A DNA stretch of 63,069 bases, the filler included, from Reticulomyxa filosa (Eukaryota > Protista > Foraminifera): the NCBI GenBank assembly GCA_000512085.1. It is 21 parts of 21 records of this genome, joined end to end, with 100 filler letters (N's around TTAATTAATTAA, not from the genome) between each part and the next. Parts side by side here need not be neighbours in the genome. Positions count along the whole stretch, not along the records: positions 11,578 to 13,663 come from ASPP01025879.1; positions 13,764 to 15,934 come from ASPP01002146.1; positions 16,035 to 17,454 come from ASPP01038607.1; positions 17,555 to 23,939 come from ASPP01023607.1; positions 24,040 to 25,684 come from ASPP01037465.1; 16 more parts are not named here. One strand, written 5' to 3'. A program made the translations under genes and the position numbers. How positions within the stretch are numbered: the first letter of the stretch is position 1; each line of letters begins with the position of its first letter. Below are positions 12,922 through 24,820 of the stretch, piece after piece. Below the pieces are notes generated by a model that did no database searches, was not told the origin of the DNA, and worked only from the letters and a program-made list of their open reading frames with translations.

Positions 12922-13329
12922 TTAAATTAATATCAAAAATTGTAATAAAGTCGATACAATTGGGTCCCAGTCCACTATCTTTATAGCTTCGATTACTTTT
13001 TTCCATTGAATCCAATTAAAGTATCTTTTTATATTTGCCAATGTGTCTCTTTCCAACAGCTTTGGTGTAAAGTATACTACAGTGCTTTCACTTCCTGTGC
13101 AAATCCTCTTCTTGTTGTTGGGAATTCTAAGTTCCACATATGACAAGACATGTATCTTCTTTGCGTCATCTTTTTTGTGCAATATGGACATAAAGTTTTG
13201 TCCGTCTGGTATTAAGAACAGTTTCTGCTGTGGATATATGTTTCCATTTTTATCTAATTGTGGTCTTGTTGCCTCCGTCATTTGTATCTTTCTTGCGATT
13301 TGACGTAAAGGTGCAGTAAGTGAATTCAT
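12922..13329 (-). CDS. Hypothetical 135-aa protein
   Basis: Uninterrupted ATG-started ORF with protein-like composition in AT-rich DNA. No recognised motif. Confidence 0.35.
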   Translation of the reverse strand: MNSLTAPLRQIARKIQMTEATRPQLDKNGNIYPQQKLFLIPDGQNFMSILHKKDDAKKIHVLSYVELRIPNNKKRICTGSESTVVYFTPKLLERDTLANIKRYFNWIQWKKVIEAIKIVDWDPIVSTLLQFLILI

Positions 13330-15638
13330 CTTGCTTCAAAAACTTACTTAATACACTTCATGACTACTTAATAGTTTGAAATGCTTTGTAATGATACCGA
13401 AGGTTTTGATGGTTAGGTTTCTCTTCTGAAGTGATCGTGGTTTTTACTTTCCACTATTACCATTAAGGAAAAGAAAAAGGAAAAAGAAAAAGAAAGAGAA
13501 TGAGAAAAAGTTAACGAAAAGCATGCAAAGATCAGCGCGAATGCAAATGCAGTCACGTATGATCAAAATGAATTATATGTTTGGAAGATTTATATCATTC
13601 TGCAGTGGGGTGTCTTCTACGAGCAACGCATTCGGGACATTACTCACAAAAAAAAAAAAGAGANNNNNNNNNNNNNNNNNNNNNNNNNNNNNNNNNNNNN
13701 NNNNNNNTTAATTAATTAANNNNNNNNNNNNNNNNNNNNNNNNNNNNNNNNNNNNNNNNNNNNCTGTTTCTCAAAAAGTTGAACATACATAAACAACGAG
13801 TTTTTTGAATTTGAAAAAACTTGTTAATTTTTTGGAATGGTTGCAGTGTCAAAGCAAGCGCAATGAAATGAATGTCAAGAAGATGACAATGGAAACATGT
13901 TTTGTTATGCGGTGAAGAAAATAACACCTGCATTTTTGACACTTGATGATCTTGTCTTTGCTATTAGAAAACGCGCAATACATAAAATTTTGTCAAGTTT
14001 TCATTGCACAAGTGTGGAATTGATATTTTATTAATCAAATGAAGTATCCTTGAAGGTTTACTGATTATCACATGCGGCCTACAACTCATGCGGTACGTTA
14101 TAGTAATACTATCCACGTTCGTTTCTTAAAAAACTAATAGCTACATTTTTTCTTTGATAAGAAAAAACAAGCAAATAATGGGATGCATTTGATATTTGTA
14201 ACACACGTAATAAAAAACAAGCAAGCAAGGAAATTTACGAAGTGAAAGAAAACATAAAGTAGCAAATGAATTGGAACATGTCTCTTGCACACACGTATAT
14301 ACACACAATCCCTTTTTGATTTGTATTCCATTGTTTTATTAAAAAAGAAGATAAGAGACAAGGAAACAGAAACGAAAGCTGTAAATGGAACGACAGTAAT
14401 TCTTTTTCGTTTTAGTTAAAGCACTTTCAAAAGTGGTTGATTCCATATTTTTTTTGTGTGCATGTAATGCTTTGTCAATTATGCCTTTGTTAGCACATTA
14501 ATGTGACCTCTTTTGTCTATTAATCTATGACATTTCCAATGTCACACAACAATATTTTCATCAATGGCACAAAATATCATCAAATCTATTTTCTCAAATG
14601 TCAAAATACTTTTGCTATTGATTGGACAAAAAAAAATTACTGCTTCTGCAATCTTAGAATCAGTAAAGTCTTTGTAAAGCGCGTGGAATGTACTAATACA
14701 AAAGAAAATGTGTAATTCGTCGATTGTTGGACAAATACAAGAGGCGTATTCACTTAGACAAGATGGATTCACATCTTTTGAATACGAACTGATAAGTGTT
14801 GGGCGGCAATTACATAAATATAAGTGGTGTTTATAAATCTTATTCAATGGTTAATTTTCATTTGTCCCAAAAATTGTGAACTGAGAATATTCTATTGTTT
14901 GCATATGTTTTTCCAAAAAAAATAGGTTCAGATTGTATACTTTAAATGATCGAAAAATGTTTCTTTGCTTTCATTGCTTTTCAATAATGTAAGTATGTAA
15001 AATCAATGCTTCATCATAATTCTACTTGTAGAATCGATTGTGTTATCTCGCAGTACTTCAAATTGTAAATTGTAATTGACTGTCTTTGTGATGAGCAGAC
15101 AGCGAGCATTACACGATTTATTCTTAATCTATCAAATTATGGCCGCTTTATTACTTTATGTTCGTCAAGTTCACTTTTTTTTTCGTTCTCCGAGGCCTTT
15201 GCGCTTTGCTTATTTTATTTTCCTTTGGGGTAAAAACTTGATTACCTATAAAAACGAGCAAACAAAACGGATTAATTCTTAATTTTGGTAGTCCTTTTGT
15301 CTAAGAAAAATCCTTATGAGGGCAGTGGGTACTGCGTTTTTGAACTTCTAAAAAGTTGTGGCAAAGTTTCGTTTACATTTTTATACTTTAATAAGCATTT
15401 TATTAAACAATTTTTTTGAGATAACCAAATATAAAAGGGAGTTTTAATAAAATAGGAGCAAAAGAATTTAAGGTCTGTTAAAAATTATCTTTAAGACCTA
15501 AAAACTAGAATTTTTTTCTTGCGGAAGTGCGATCTTCTTTTTCTTTTTTTATTCGAAACTATACATTTTTTTTTAGAAAGATGGACAATGAGATATGTGT
15601 GACTTTGTTTAATAGATAAAGTAAAGTGTAAAGGAGGA

Positions 15639-15934
15639 ATGCAAGATAACAGCGGCGATAATATCAATATCAATGCCATACACGAAGGAGACAAGAAATA
15701 TGAAAAGGAAATAAAAACATTGACTCAATTACTTAGTGATTCAATTAATAAAGAAGAGCTGAAGAAGAAAATAATGAAAAACAATGGAAATATCGAATTG
15801 GTGATTAAAGATATTGTTCAACAATTTATTGAAAATGAGGTATATTATAATAATAAAAAATATCTTTTTTATCTTTATGTTTCTGTTTTGTGATGAATAG
15901 AAACAAGAACAAGAACAAAAACAAGAAAATACAA
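15639..15934 (+). CDS. Fragment with UBA/CUE-like helical motif; 3' truncated by spacer
   Basis: KYEKEIKTLTQLLSDSINKEELKKKIMKNNGNIELVIKDIVQ has the NGN-I-E-x-V-I pattern of UBA/CUE helix 3. A short GT-AG intron lies at ~15840-15900. Confidence 0.4.
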
Positions 15935-16162
15935 NNNNNNNNNNNNNNNNNNNNNNNNNNNNNNNNNNNNNNNNNNNNTTAATTAATTAANNNNNNNNNN
16001 NNNNNNNNNNNNNNNNNNNNNNNNNNNNNNNNNNCTATTAATTCTTAGTCCTTAGAGTCGTAAGTCTTTCGGCTGCGGTTGTTTGCAACAAAGATCATAG
16101 CATACACACTAAAATCCTTTTAAATGTCTATATGTGTTTATTCAAAAAAATTTTTTTTGTCT

Positions 16163-16913
16163 GGATCCTGGTTTTGACTTTACTCGGGCGAATCCTACAA
16201 CTATTTTTATATTATTTTTCGAATACTGGTTTTTACAATCATTATCAACATATTTTTGGTTATATATATATTCATTATAGCGGCTACTATTCAATATCAT
16301 ATCACAAGAAATAGTGAAAAAGGACTCTGGAGTTACGGAATATGGAATAATAATCGGTGAAAATGATTTCATCAAGGTGCAAAAAATCCGGTTCGAATAT
16401 GATTTTGTGTCAGAAAGTAAGAAATTTCATTGTGTAACTATATGTGAAAGAACCAAAAAAAGGTTGAGAAATTTTCGTCTTGCCCCAGCGTTGGCCTCAT
16501 TGGAAACCCTACTGGGGTAGGGTTAGTGTGAGGCTGGAAAAGAGATTGGGGTATGGCAGGGAGTATATGGAATACGATGTTGAATAGGGTTATGGCGTTA
16601 TTAATTTTGATCAACCTTTTTTTGGTTCTTTCATATAGTATGCATATGGAAATTTATGGCTTTATGACCCAAAATCATATTCGAACAGGATTTTTTGCAC
16701 CTAAATGACTTCCTCTTCCACGAGCACCACCCCATATTCCGCAACGCCAGAGTCCTTTTTGCCACAGTATATACTATAGGAAGCCGCTAGTATGAATAAT
16801 ATATACATATATAACCAAAAATAGGTTGAGAAAGTAAAGTAAAATCCAGGATTCAGAAAATAATAAAAAAATTGAGGGTTGATTCGCACGAGTAAAGTAA
16901 AAACCAGGATTCC
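16163..16913. mobile_element. Foldback/MITE-like element: ~305-bp imperfect inverted arms around a ~143-bp spacer
   Basis: 16163-16467 matches the reverse complement of 16611-16913, e.g. AAAAAGGACTCTGG-GTT-CGGAATATGG, AGGTGCAAAAAATCC-GTTCGAATATGATTTTG and GAAAGAACCAAAAAAAGGTTGA. Opposite-strand ORF translations are similar. Confidence 0.75.
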
Positions 16914-17692
16914 AACAAAGAGGAAAGATAGTGAGGACTGAGGATGAGATCTTGTTGTCAAGACAAGTATCGATGCCGAAAGACATACAAATGCTAAGGA
17001 CTTAAAAAATACTGATATTTTGATCTAAAAGCATTTATTTTAAAGAGTGAAGGCGCGATAAACTCGAGAATTCTGTTCATCGAGACATAGCTCCGAACAA
17101 CACGCAAAAAGACGCTTATTGGGCCCACCACACTTGTGAATGTGATGACTGTGGTGAGAGTGGACGAGTATTAAATGAAATCTATCAAGGAATAAGGGAG
17201 GCTGAGGATAGCCACGATGGGCTCATAAGAGCGATGGAGGACCTAGAAGTTATTTTGGACAGTCTTCATGGAAGACGAAGGACGTTGGAAGGCGAATTTC
17301 GTGATATGTATACGTTATTTGATGCTCAACCGAATAATCTTCTTGCTGGTGTTCGGAGACCCTCCCCTATCTGAAAACGAAATGGGCGACCAGTCTCCCC
17401 CTGTTTTACGACGACATGCGCTTTAGGGGCTCATGACTTTGATGAAATTTATCCNNNNNNNNNNNNNNNNNNNNNNNNNNNNNNNNNNNNNNNNNNNNTT
17501 AATTAATTAANNNNNNNNNNNNNNNNNNNNNNNNNNNNNNNNNNNNNNNNNNNNTATATATGTACTTCTTTGTTCATATTTGAATGTATATTACGTATAC
17601 GTATTCACCTATATCTCTCCACTACACACTCTCGTTCAACTGCAAAATATTGCAATATTGCAACATATTGCAACATATTGCCACATTTGTAG

Positions 17693-18695
17693 GTAGCGTT
17701 GCTGTTTTTGATTTATCTAGCGGCAATGTGTTAGGACATTTGCTTACCAGTGTCAGCGGCAATTTATCTGTGACTTATTGCTTTGATCACCTTTTTATAT
17801 CTAGTCTTGATAAACATGTTAATAATTTTTTTTTTTTTTTTAAAAAACATAATTTATTCTGAATTGTTTGGATGTTTACTTTGTGTGTACACATTGGCTC
17901 CAGATCGTATGCTTGCGTCAAACCTCAAAGCTTGGCACTCCAGTTCCTGACCGAGAATTGCTTGGACACACCAGCTCTGTATCATTCTTGATCGCAGACG
18001 ACAAGAACGAACGGCTGTTCAGCGGTGGACACGACGGGTGCATTTGCGTATGGTGGAAAAACAAAAAACTGAACGACTTCATGCAAATCCAAACGATAAC
18101 GTCCGTCCACAAATCGAGTCGTTTCACTTGCATGGCCTTGATGCCCAATCTCCAGTGCATTGCTGCTGGGACAGCCAGTGGACATGTTGGGATATGGCAC
18201 GAGGAAATTTATGAAGGGGTGTTGGAGTCCGATGCGACTAGCTACGAAAGCGGCTTTTTGCAGGCTTTGACAGTGACACAGCAAATGATCGAATCCAAAC
18301 ATCTGCTCCTTGGAAAAGAAAAACAAAAGGAGGCGCACAGTAAAGTAACCAAATGGCGCTGTGTGCATACTTGGAAAGCACATGCAAATGGCAAAGTCGC
18401 TCACATGTTTTATGATGAAAAAAATAACACTTTGACCACCTGTGGTGACGATGGCTGTGTACGAATTGTTTATGTATGCCATCCCGCTCTTTTCCCTAAC
18501 ACTCAAGTTGTTCCCAAAGATGCTGTTGCAGAAACACAAGACTTGTCTTTAGTTGCAATCAATTGCTCCAGACTGACTGCCGAAGATTATTCGCTTCCAG
18601 TTCGGAGTAGGTTACGTCCAGTGTTTGAGGAAATTGAACACCTACATAAAATTCATTTTAAAGATGCTAAGAAAACTCTAATTAGTCAACAGTAA
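17693..18695 (+). CDS. WD40-repeat protein, 5' partial
   Basis: GHTSSVSFL...LFSGGHDGCICVW, IAAGTASGHVGIW and AH...LTTCGDDGCVRIV. Upstream exon ~17693-17812 (GSVAVFDLSSG...ISSLDKH). Confidence 0.8.
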
Positions 18696-19525
18696 GACAG
18701 AACGGCTCCAAGAGAAAGAAAAAAACGGGAGGGGAGGGGAATGGTTTAATTAAGTATAATTTTGTTTTTTCCGAAAATATCAAATCATGTTGATTGCTTT
18801 AAAAAATTACTTTCGAAGAAATTGCGAATGTTTTAAGGAAATCTTACTTTGCAGTCCATTGTAGATATACTAGGATTGATAGTTCACTTGGAAAATTTTT
18901 CTATAAAATGTTGCATGTCTATATCAAAGAAACTCAATGTATGATATTCACGAAGATTTTAAAAAACTATTCCAATAGAGTGCCACAAAAAGATCCACTA
19001 AAATAAATCTATATAAACATTTGCATTCTATTCATGAAAAATCAACAAATACAATACTTATGCTCAATTAATATAGTATACTTAAATCTAAATATATCTT
19101 ATGTCATGACCTGTAAAAAGGTTAAACTGACAATACTTTGAAATTATTCCAAAATAAAAAATCTTATATAAAACTAAAAAGTGTTTTAAAAATATGATTC
19201 ATATTCTATTGAAATATATCTATGTTTAATTTATACTGTTCATTGAAAAAAAGAAGAAATATACATATTAAATTAATCACCTTAGCCCTGGCAACTGTTT
19301 TTTCCACAAACCGTCAATTTTGAAATGTAAATATATGGGTCATCAAAATAATCACATGGATCGAACTTTTTTAAAATTTTTGTTTTTGAGTAAAGCTAAT
19401 TGATTATATTTTTGAATAAGTTTTGTCAAAGGTTTTGAGTTTCATTTTGAAAAATAACAAAAATTTGTGACACCACAGTCAACGAAATCAATTTGTGTGT
19501 TTTTGTTGATAAAGCTGATATTTTG

Positions 19526-20152
19526 TCAAAAAGTCTCAAGTAACAAGCATTTGAGATCTATTGAAGCAATTGTCTTGGATGAAGACAAATTTTTGATGTC
19601 GAAAGAATGAATTAAATGCAAATCATCATCGGAAAAAGTACACATGCAACACTTTTTTGTAACACTTCGAGATACTCGAAGAAACGAATTCCACTGGTGT
19701 GGGTTTTGAATTATTGGGCAAGCCCTGTCATAGACTGCAATATACTGTGAATGAATTCTGTGTTTTTTAGTTTGTGTTTTTTCAGATCGTGCTGTATTGT
19801 TGTTCTCATCATCTTTCCCATCACAAGATACTTTTGACGACATATCAGGAGGATATAAACCAAAATGGAAACCATATTTTGAAGCATTTCCAATGTTCCA
19901 TTTCTTGTTACGCAAGAGGACATACACACAATATAATTCTCTAAGAATAGTTATCTTTCCATTGTTTGCATTAGTTTCTTGAATACAACTAGACCAAACA
20001 GTAAACCATTCTTCAGTGTCTTGTTTTTCATACAAAGAATCAAATAATGATAGAAGAGAAGACGTCATGGTAAGAAATTCAGAATCATTTACATTTATCG
20101 AATTGGTTTCCATTTTTTTTAAATTTTCTGCTTTATTCGAGGGAAGTGACAA
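19526..20152 (-). CDS. tRNA-splicing endonuclease catalytic subunit (Sen2/Sen34-like); 5' end uncertain
   Basis: YCVYVLLRNKKWNIGNASKYGFHFGLY...IHSQY...RVSRSVTKK matches the tRNA intron endonuclease C-domain with the Tyr/His/Lys triad. Confidence 0.75.
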   Translation of the reverse strand: MSLPSNKAENLKKMETNSINVNDSEFLTMTSSLLSLFDSLYEKQDTEEWFTVWSSCIQETNANNGKITILRELYCVYVLLRNKKWNIGNASKYGFHFGLYPPDMSSKVSCDGKDDENNNTARSEKTQTKKHRIHSQYIAVYDRACPIIQNPHQWNSFLRVSRSVTKKCCMCTFSDDDLHLIHSFDIKNLSSSKTIASIDLKCLLLETF

Positions 20153-21338
20153 AGTTTTTGTCTTAGCGAGCTCCGAGCTTGTTAAAAATGAATTACAGTA
20201 ATTTTTTTAAAAAATTAAAATGATCAATCCCATCATTAGGGATATTGAGAATATTTATAAAGTAGTATAATATGTTTATCCTTTTTTTTGCGAGCTACTG
20301 TATTATTGAATAAAAATATTGTTTTGTTGTGCTCACACTTAACTATGAAATCTATCAATTTAGCAACATGTTTGCCAACAGGCTGGTCCCCTATCTCTTC
20401 ATGAAGGTGATTAAATATTTACTATTAATGTGATATATTGTGATCTCTGAAGGCTCAACCTTCAAAAACAATATATTTTTCATCATGATACGACTATCCA
20501 AAATTAACGATTTGAATTACTAAAATTTCAAAACAAATCACATTGAATTTTAAAACGAGTGCGCAGCCAATACAAGTACTTTTTAAGCAATGCAACAAAA
20601 GTGTCAACGAAGACTTTTTTGTACAACGCGTCACCCAAAAATTCTGTTTTTTCCTTTTTTTTAGTGTTTTTCTTGTTGAAAAGAAAATTAATTATTTGTT
20701 GTATTAGCACTCTTGTGATGAGATACATTGAATGTTGCTTTGTTCACAAAAAAAAGATATTTGTTGCACTGCGCACAATCGCAAGTGTGTTGTTTTGCTT
20801 TGAAAGCTTACTTAGCAACTGGTTAGTTAGTTGAAAAATAAGTTTAATGGTAAACTGTGGACTAATCTTTTCCACTAAGAAATGCTCTTGAGTTACCAAC
20901 AGGACAAATGTATGTATAGCTAATTTGTGTTGTGTTTTTTTTTTATACGATGACACTTGAAAAGTTTATCCAGTTGAATTTGACTATTGTGAATGAGAAA
21001 AACCTTTTCCTTTCATTTGCTGAAAAATATCTTTTTTGTAAAAAAATAAATCGTGGGAATGTGACAAAGAATGTTTTTTTTTATGTGCTAACAGTAAATT
21101 GTGGTGAATGAGTCCTAGTGTACGAAAGTGTCGCCTGAATTGAGAGGAAAAAAAATATTAAAATTTGAGATGTAAAAATTGTAATCGAGGAATTTAACAA
21201 ATTTTTTCTTAAAAAAGAATCTACTTTTTTATTCTATAATTTTAACGAGTCCAGCAAAAGATAATTCTCATTGGGCCACACAAAAAAATGAGAAAATTAA
21301 AAATCGGATTAGGAGTGCAGAAAGTTGCAAACAACAAA

Positions 21339-23939
21339 TTACTTGAATAAATCTCGTAAATCGTTGAGCCATTCTTGTCTTCTATCGTGTTGAAGTGACT
21401 CCTTCGACTTAGCTAAAGCACTATTGATCAATTGACGTTTTCTTTCTTGAATTTGCATAATTTTCTTTTCAACAGAATCTTTCATTACAAAGCGTGTCAC
21501 AATGACATCTCTGTTTTGTCCAAGTCGATACACTCGATCAGTTGCTTGGTCTTCCGTGGCCGGGTTCCACCAAGGGTCCATAATATACACTCGATTAGCT
21601 GCGGTTAAGTTTAATCCCAAGTTACCTGCAGTCAAACTCATTAAAAAGATAGGAATTTCGGGATCTGTTTTGAACATTTCCATGGCTGCCTCTCGATGGG
21701 GTCTACTCATACTACCATCTAACCGCTCATATCTTATTTTTTGTTTTCTAAGCATCGTCCAATAATATCAAGCATATCTGTCCATTGACTAAATACGACT
21801 GCTTTGTTTGGAAGATATGGCAGAACTCCGTTGTTGCCTTGTTTGTCCCTTTCTTCTTGCATTGCCCATTGCTGAATTTCTTCTATTAATTGATTGATTT
21901 TGGATGATGGTGTGATTACGCGTAGTTTTTCTTCAAATCGCCGCCGTTTTTCATCTTTATGTCTTTTTTGTTGTTGTTTCTGCCGTTCTCTCTTGGCTTC
22001 TTCTGTTTCTACATCGTTTTCGTTTTCATTTTCATTTTCGTTTTCGTTTTCATTTTCATTGTCATCTGCACCCAATGCATCCTCAGAAGTGGCTTTTTCA
22101 ATAATAGATTGTTTATTTAAAATTGTTTGACATAATGGACACGAAAAAGAGCCATTGTGATTATCCAATTCATCATTGAAGCAGTCTTTACAGAATATGT
22201 GTTTGCAAGATACCAAAATGGCATTATTGGGACTGCTTCCACATGATACACATTCTTCATTCATATCGGTTAAATCTTGCAGATGTATTCCGCCCATATT
22301 ATCGCCGGAGTTTTGAGAACTATTGTTATTTGCATTATTAACAAGCGAGTCTGAGGGTCCATCGGCTGACATCAATTCTTCGTACGGGACCAAATCCTTG
22401 TGAGCACAACACTGACGTAGCCGCAAGAGCATCGACAGCACATTGCTGAAATTTTTCATGATGCTGCTGTCTCCATTCTTTTGCATCATCTTGAAACGAG
22501 TGCGGAAACGTTCACGAATATCATCGTAAATGCCTTGTTCCACACTAGTAAACACGAGTTCTTTGTTGCAAATTGTTTTGTTTCCAATGTCTATTATACG
22601 CTTGCCATTTATAATCATATCTTTTGACCTTCGCAAACACATCTAAAGAAAACAAACAAACAAACAAAAAAAGCATATACTATCAAAAGCAAATATATGT
22701 ACATATATAAATAATATATTTATTTCTTTTTTTTTTTTAAAAATGAACCTGTCGCATAATAGTTCGGAGCCGGTCCAAGCCTTCCATTTGATTGTGTTTC
22801 AAAGGTGAGATGATGAATTTACTCCAAAAGTTCATATCGCTGATCGGGTGTAATCGCAAAAAATTGAACAAAGAGTACAGATCATCAAGTCGATTTTGCA
22901 CTGGGGTACCCGAAATACACCAACGACTTCGAGCGACTAATGCGGAGCAAGCCTTAAATATGCGAGTTTTACGAGAGCGTATTTTGTGAGCTTCATCTAG
23001 TACAACTCGCAGCCAATCCACATATTGCAAACCTGCTCCACAATACTTGCGCATTTGTTCTCTGTTTTCGTCGGTCTCATCACTGTAATCTTTTAGCACC
23101 ACGTTGTACGTCGTCAGCACGACATGATGCTGTTTCAAAAACTCGACATCGCTGTTACGATGACTGCCGTAGTATTCATAAATACGAATAGTATCCGGTC
23201 GAATGTGCTCTCGGATTTGTTGTACCCAATTACTCATCACAGACAATGGAGTCACAATCAACGTGGGACCGTATCCACACATTGGGTTGCTATCAAATCC
23301 TTTATATACATTTATATATATATATGTATATGTATATAAATGTATATGTATATGTATATAAATGTATATGCATTTTTTATAAAAGTGATTCATATTAAAA
23401 AAAAAAACAAAACAAACCACTGTTATTACAAATTAATGCCAAGATTTGAAGTGTTTTGCCCAACCCCATATCATCGGCCAATATGCCACCCATTCCGAAA
23501 CTAGGCAATTCATCACATTTGTCTCCGTTCAGAATATTGACATAATACGTGTCTCCAGTGTCTTCGTCCTCTTCTTCTCGATAAAACGGAGGCAGACTTT
23601 CGTATTTGTCTTTCTCATTGTCATTGTCCATATCGGTGAGGTTTTCTTCTGCGTTGTCATACTGATCGTCCAAGAATGGGTCTGGATTGGCTTTTTTTTG
23701 TTTTTGGACTTGCGACGCAGCCCTCCAATGGAAGAGGACGAGCTGCTATGGAACAGCGTGTCCACATGTTTTTCTCGGATCGTCAGCCATTGCAGTCCCA
23801 CCCTTTGATGTTGTTTCAGTTCAGTGATGACCATATCTGTCAAAGGGTCAATTCCCTCCAAATCCTCTGCCGCATTGCCATCGCTCATCATCAACCGATC
23901 AAAGTTGGCTTCGATTTCGTTTAGTATTTCTGTGTTTTT
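21339..23939 (-). CDS. RAD5/RAD16/HLTF-type SNF2 helicase with inserted RING finger; 5' partial, two homopolymer frameshifts
   Basis: GGILADDMGLGKT, TLIVTP, VVLDEAH, SGTPVQN and LLRLRQCC. C3HC4 RING CVSC...CKHIFCKDC...CPLC. VVFSQW, RLDGSM, GLNLTAAN, DPWWNP and QATDRVYRLGQ. Confidence 0.92.
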
Positions 23940-24404
23940 NNNNNNNNNNNNNNNNNNNNNNNNNNNNNNNNNNNNNNNNNNNNTTAATTAATTAANNNNN
24001 NNNNNNNNNNNNNNNNNNNNNNNNNNNNNNNNNNNNNNNGCGTAAACATAAAGTATCTTCTTCCTCAAGTGGCTCCAAATTGCAATCCAGTGTCGGCAAC
24101 TTCAACAATTCCAGCAGCTCCAATCTCAGCAACTCCAATTCCATCTCGTGCGATTTGGTCTTTTGCAATTTGTGTGTAGTCTTGGCTCGAGAAAGAGTAA
24201 TATATTTAAAGATATTAGTCCAATCATCAAAGCCAATAGTGGCCGAGCCCATTTCTCATTTCACGCCAAGTCAGATCACCACTTTGTTGGACGTCCTATG
24301 ACTTCAAAGACTTGACGGTTCAATTCTTGAGCTGTTGCTTTCTTTGCTTGATATTCTTTTGAGTCAATTTCCCCATTTTCGCCAGCCACCAAAGGAGTCA
24401 TTAT

Positions 24405-24820
24405 ATTTGATCAAAATCATCGATCTAACCTAATTTTATCTTTGAAATTCAAACCCAATGATTAATAACAAATTTTATAACTGTTCATTATTTGTTAATC
24501 GTGTCATACAATCAAATTTATTTTTGTTTCATCACAAAAAAAAATATTTCAAACAAAAATTACCAAATGTGGAACATTAAATAGATACACTTTTGTGTTC
24601 ATTTGTATTGATACATCATCATTGTTCTCATTCCGTCCCCGACAATATGCGCACATGCGTTTTCTTCATTCAATATTGCAACACATCCACCTAATGGACT
24701 GGGCAAAAGTGCTTTGAAATGTCATCCATTTACTTTCTCGAATTGAATACTTGTGCACTGATTTTGAAATATTATTACCAATCCACCAAAGAACAATATG
24801 AAATCATTGATAAGATAGTA
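24405..24820 (-). pseudogene. Kelch-like family pseudogene, C-terminal part
   Basis: ILFFGG...SKSVHKYSIRESKWMTFQST/LPSPLGGCVAILNEE...; last exon IKFVINHWV*ISKIKLG*IDDFDQI. Contains stops and frameshifts. Confidence 0.65.

Noticed and set aside
23940-24820. Continuation of the RAD5-like gene (HIRAN domain) beyond the spacer
   Set aside because: The next contig carries Kelch-like pseudogene sequence, with no evidence of continuity.
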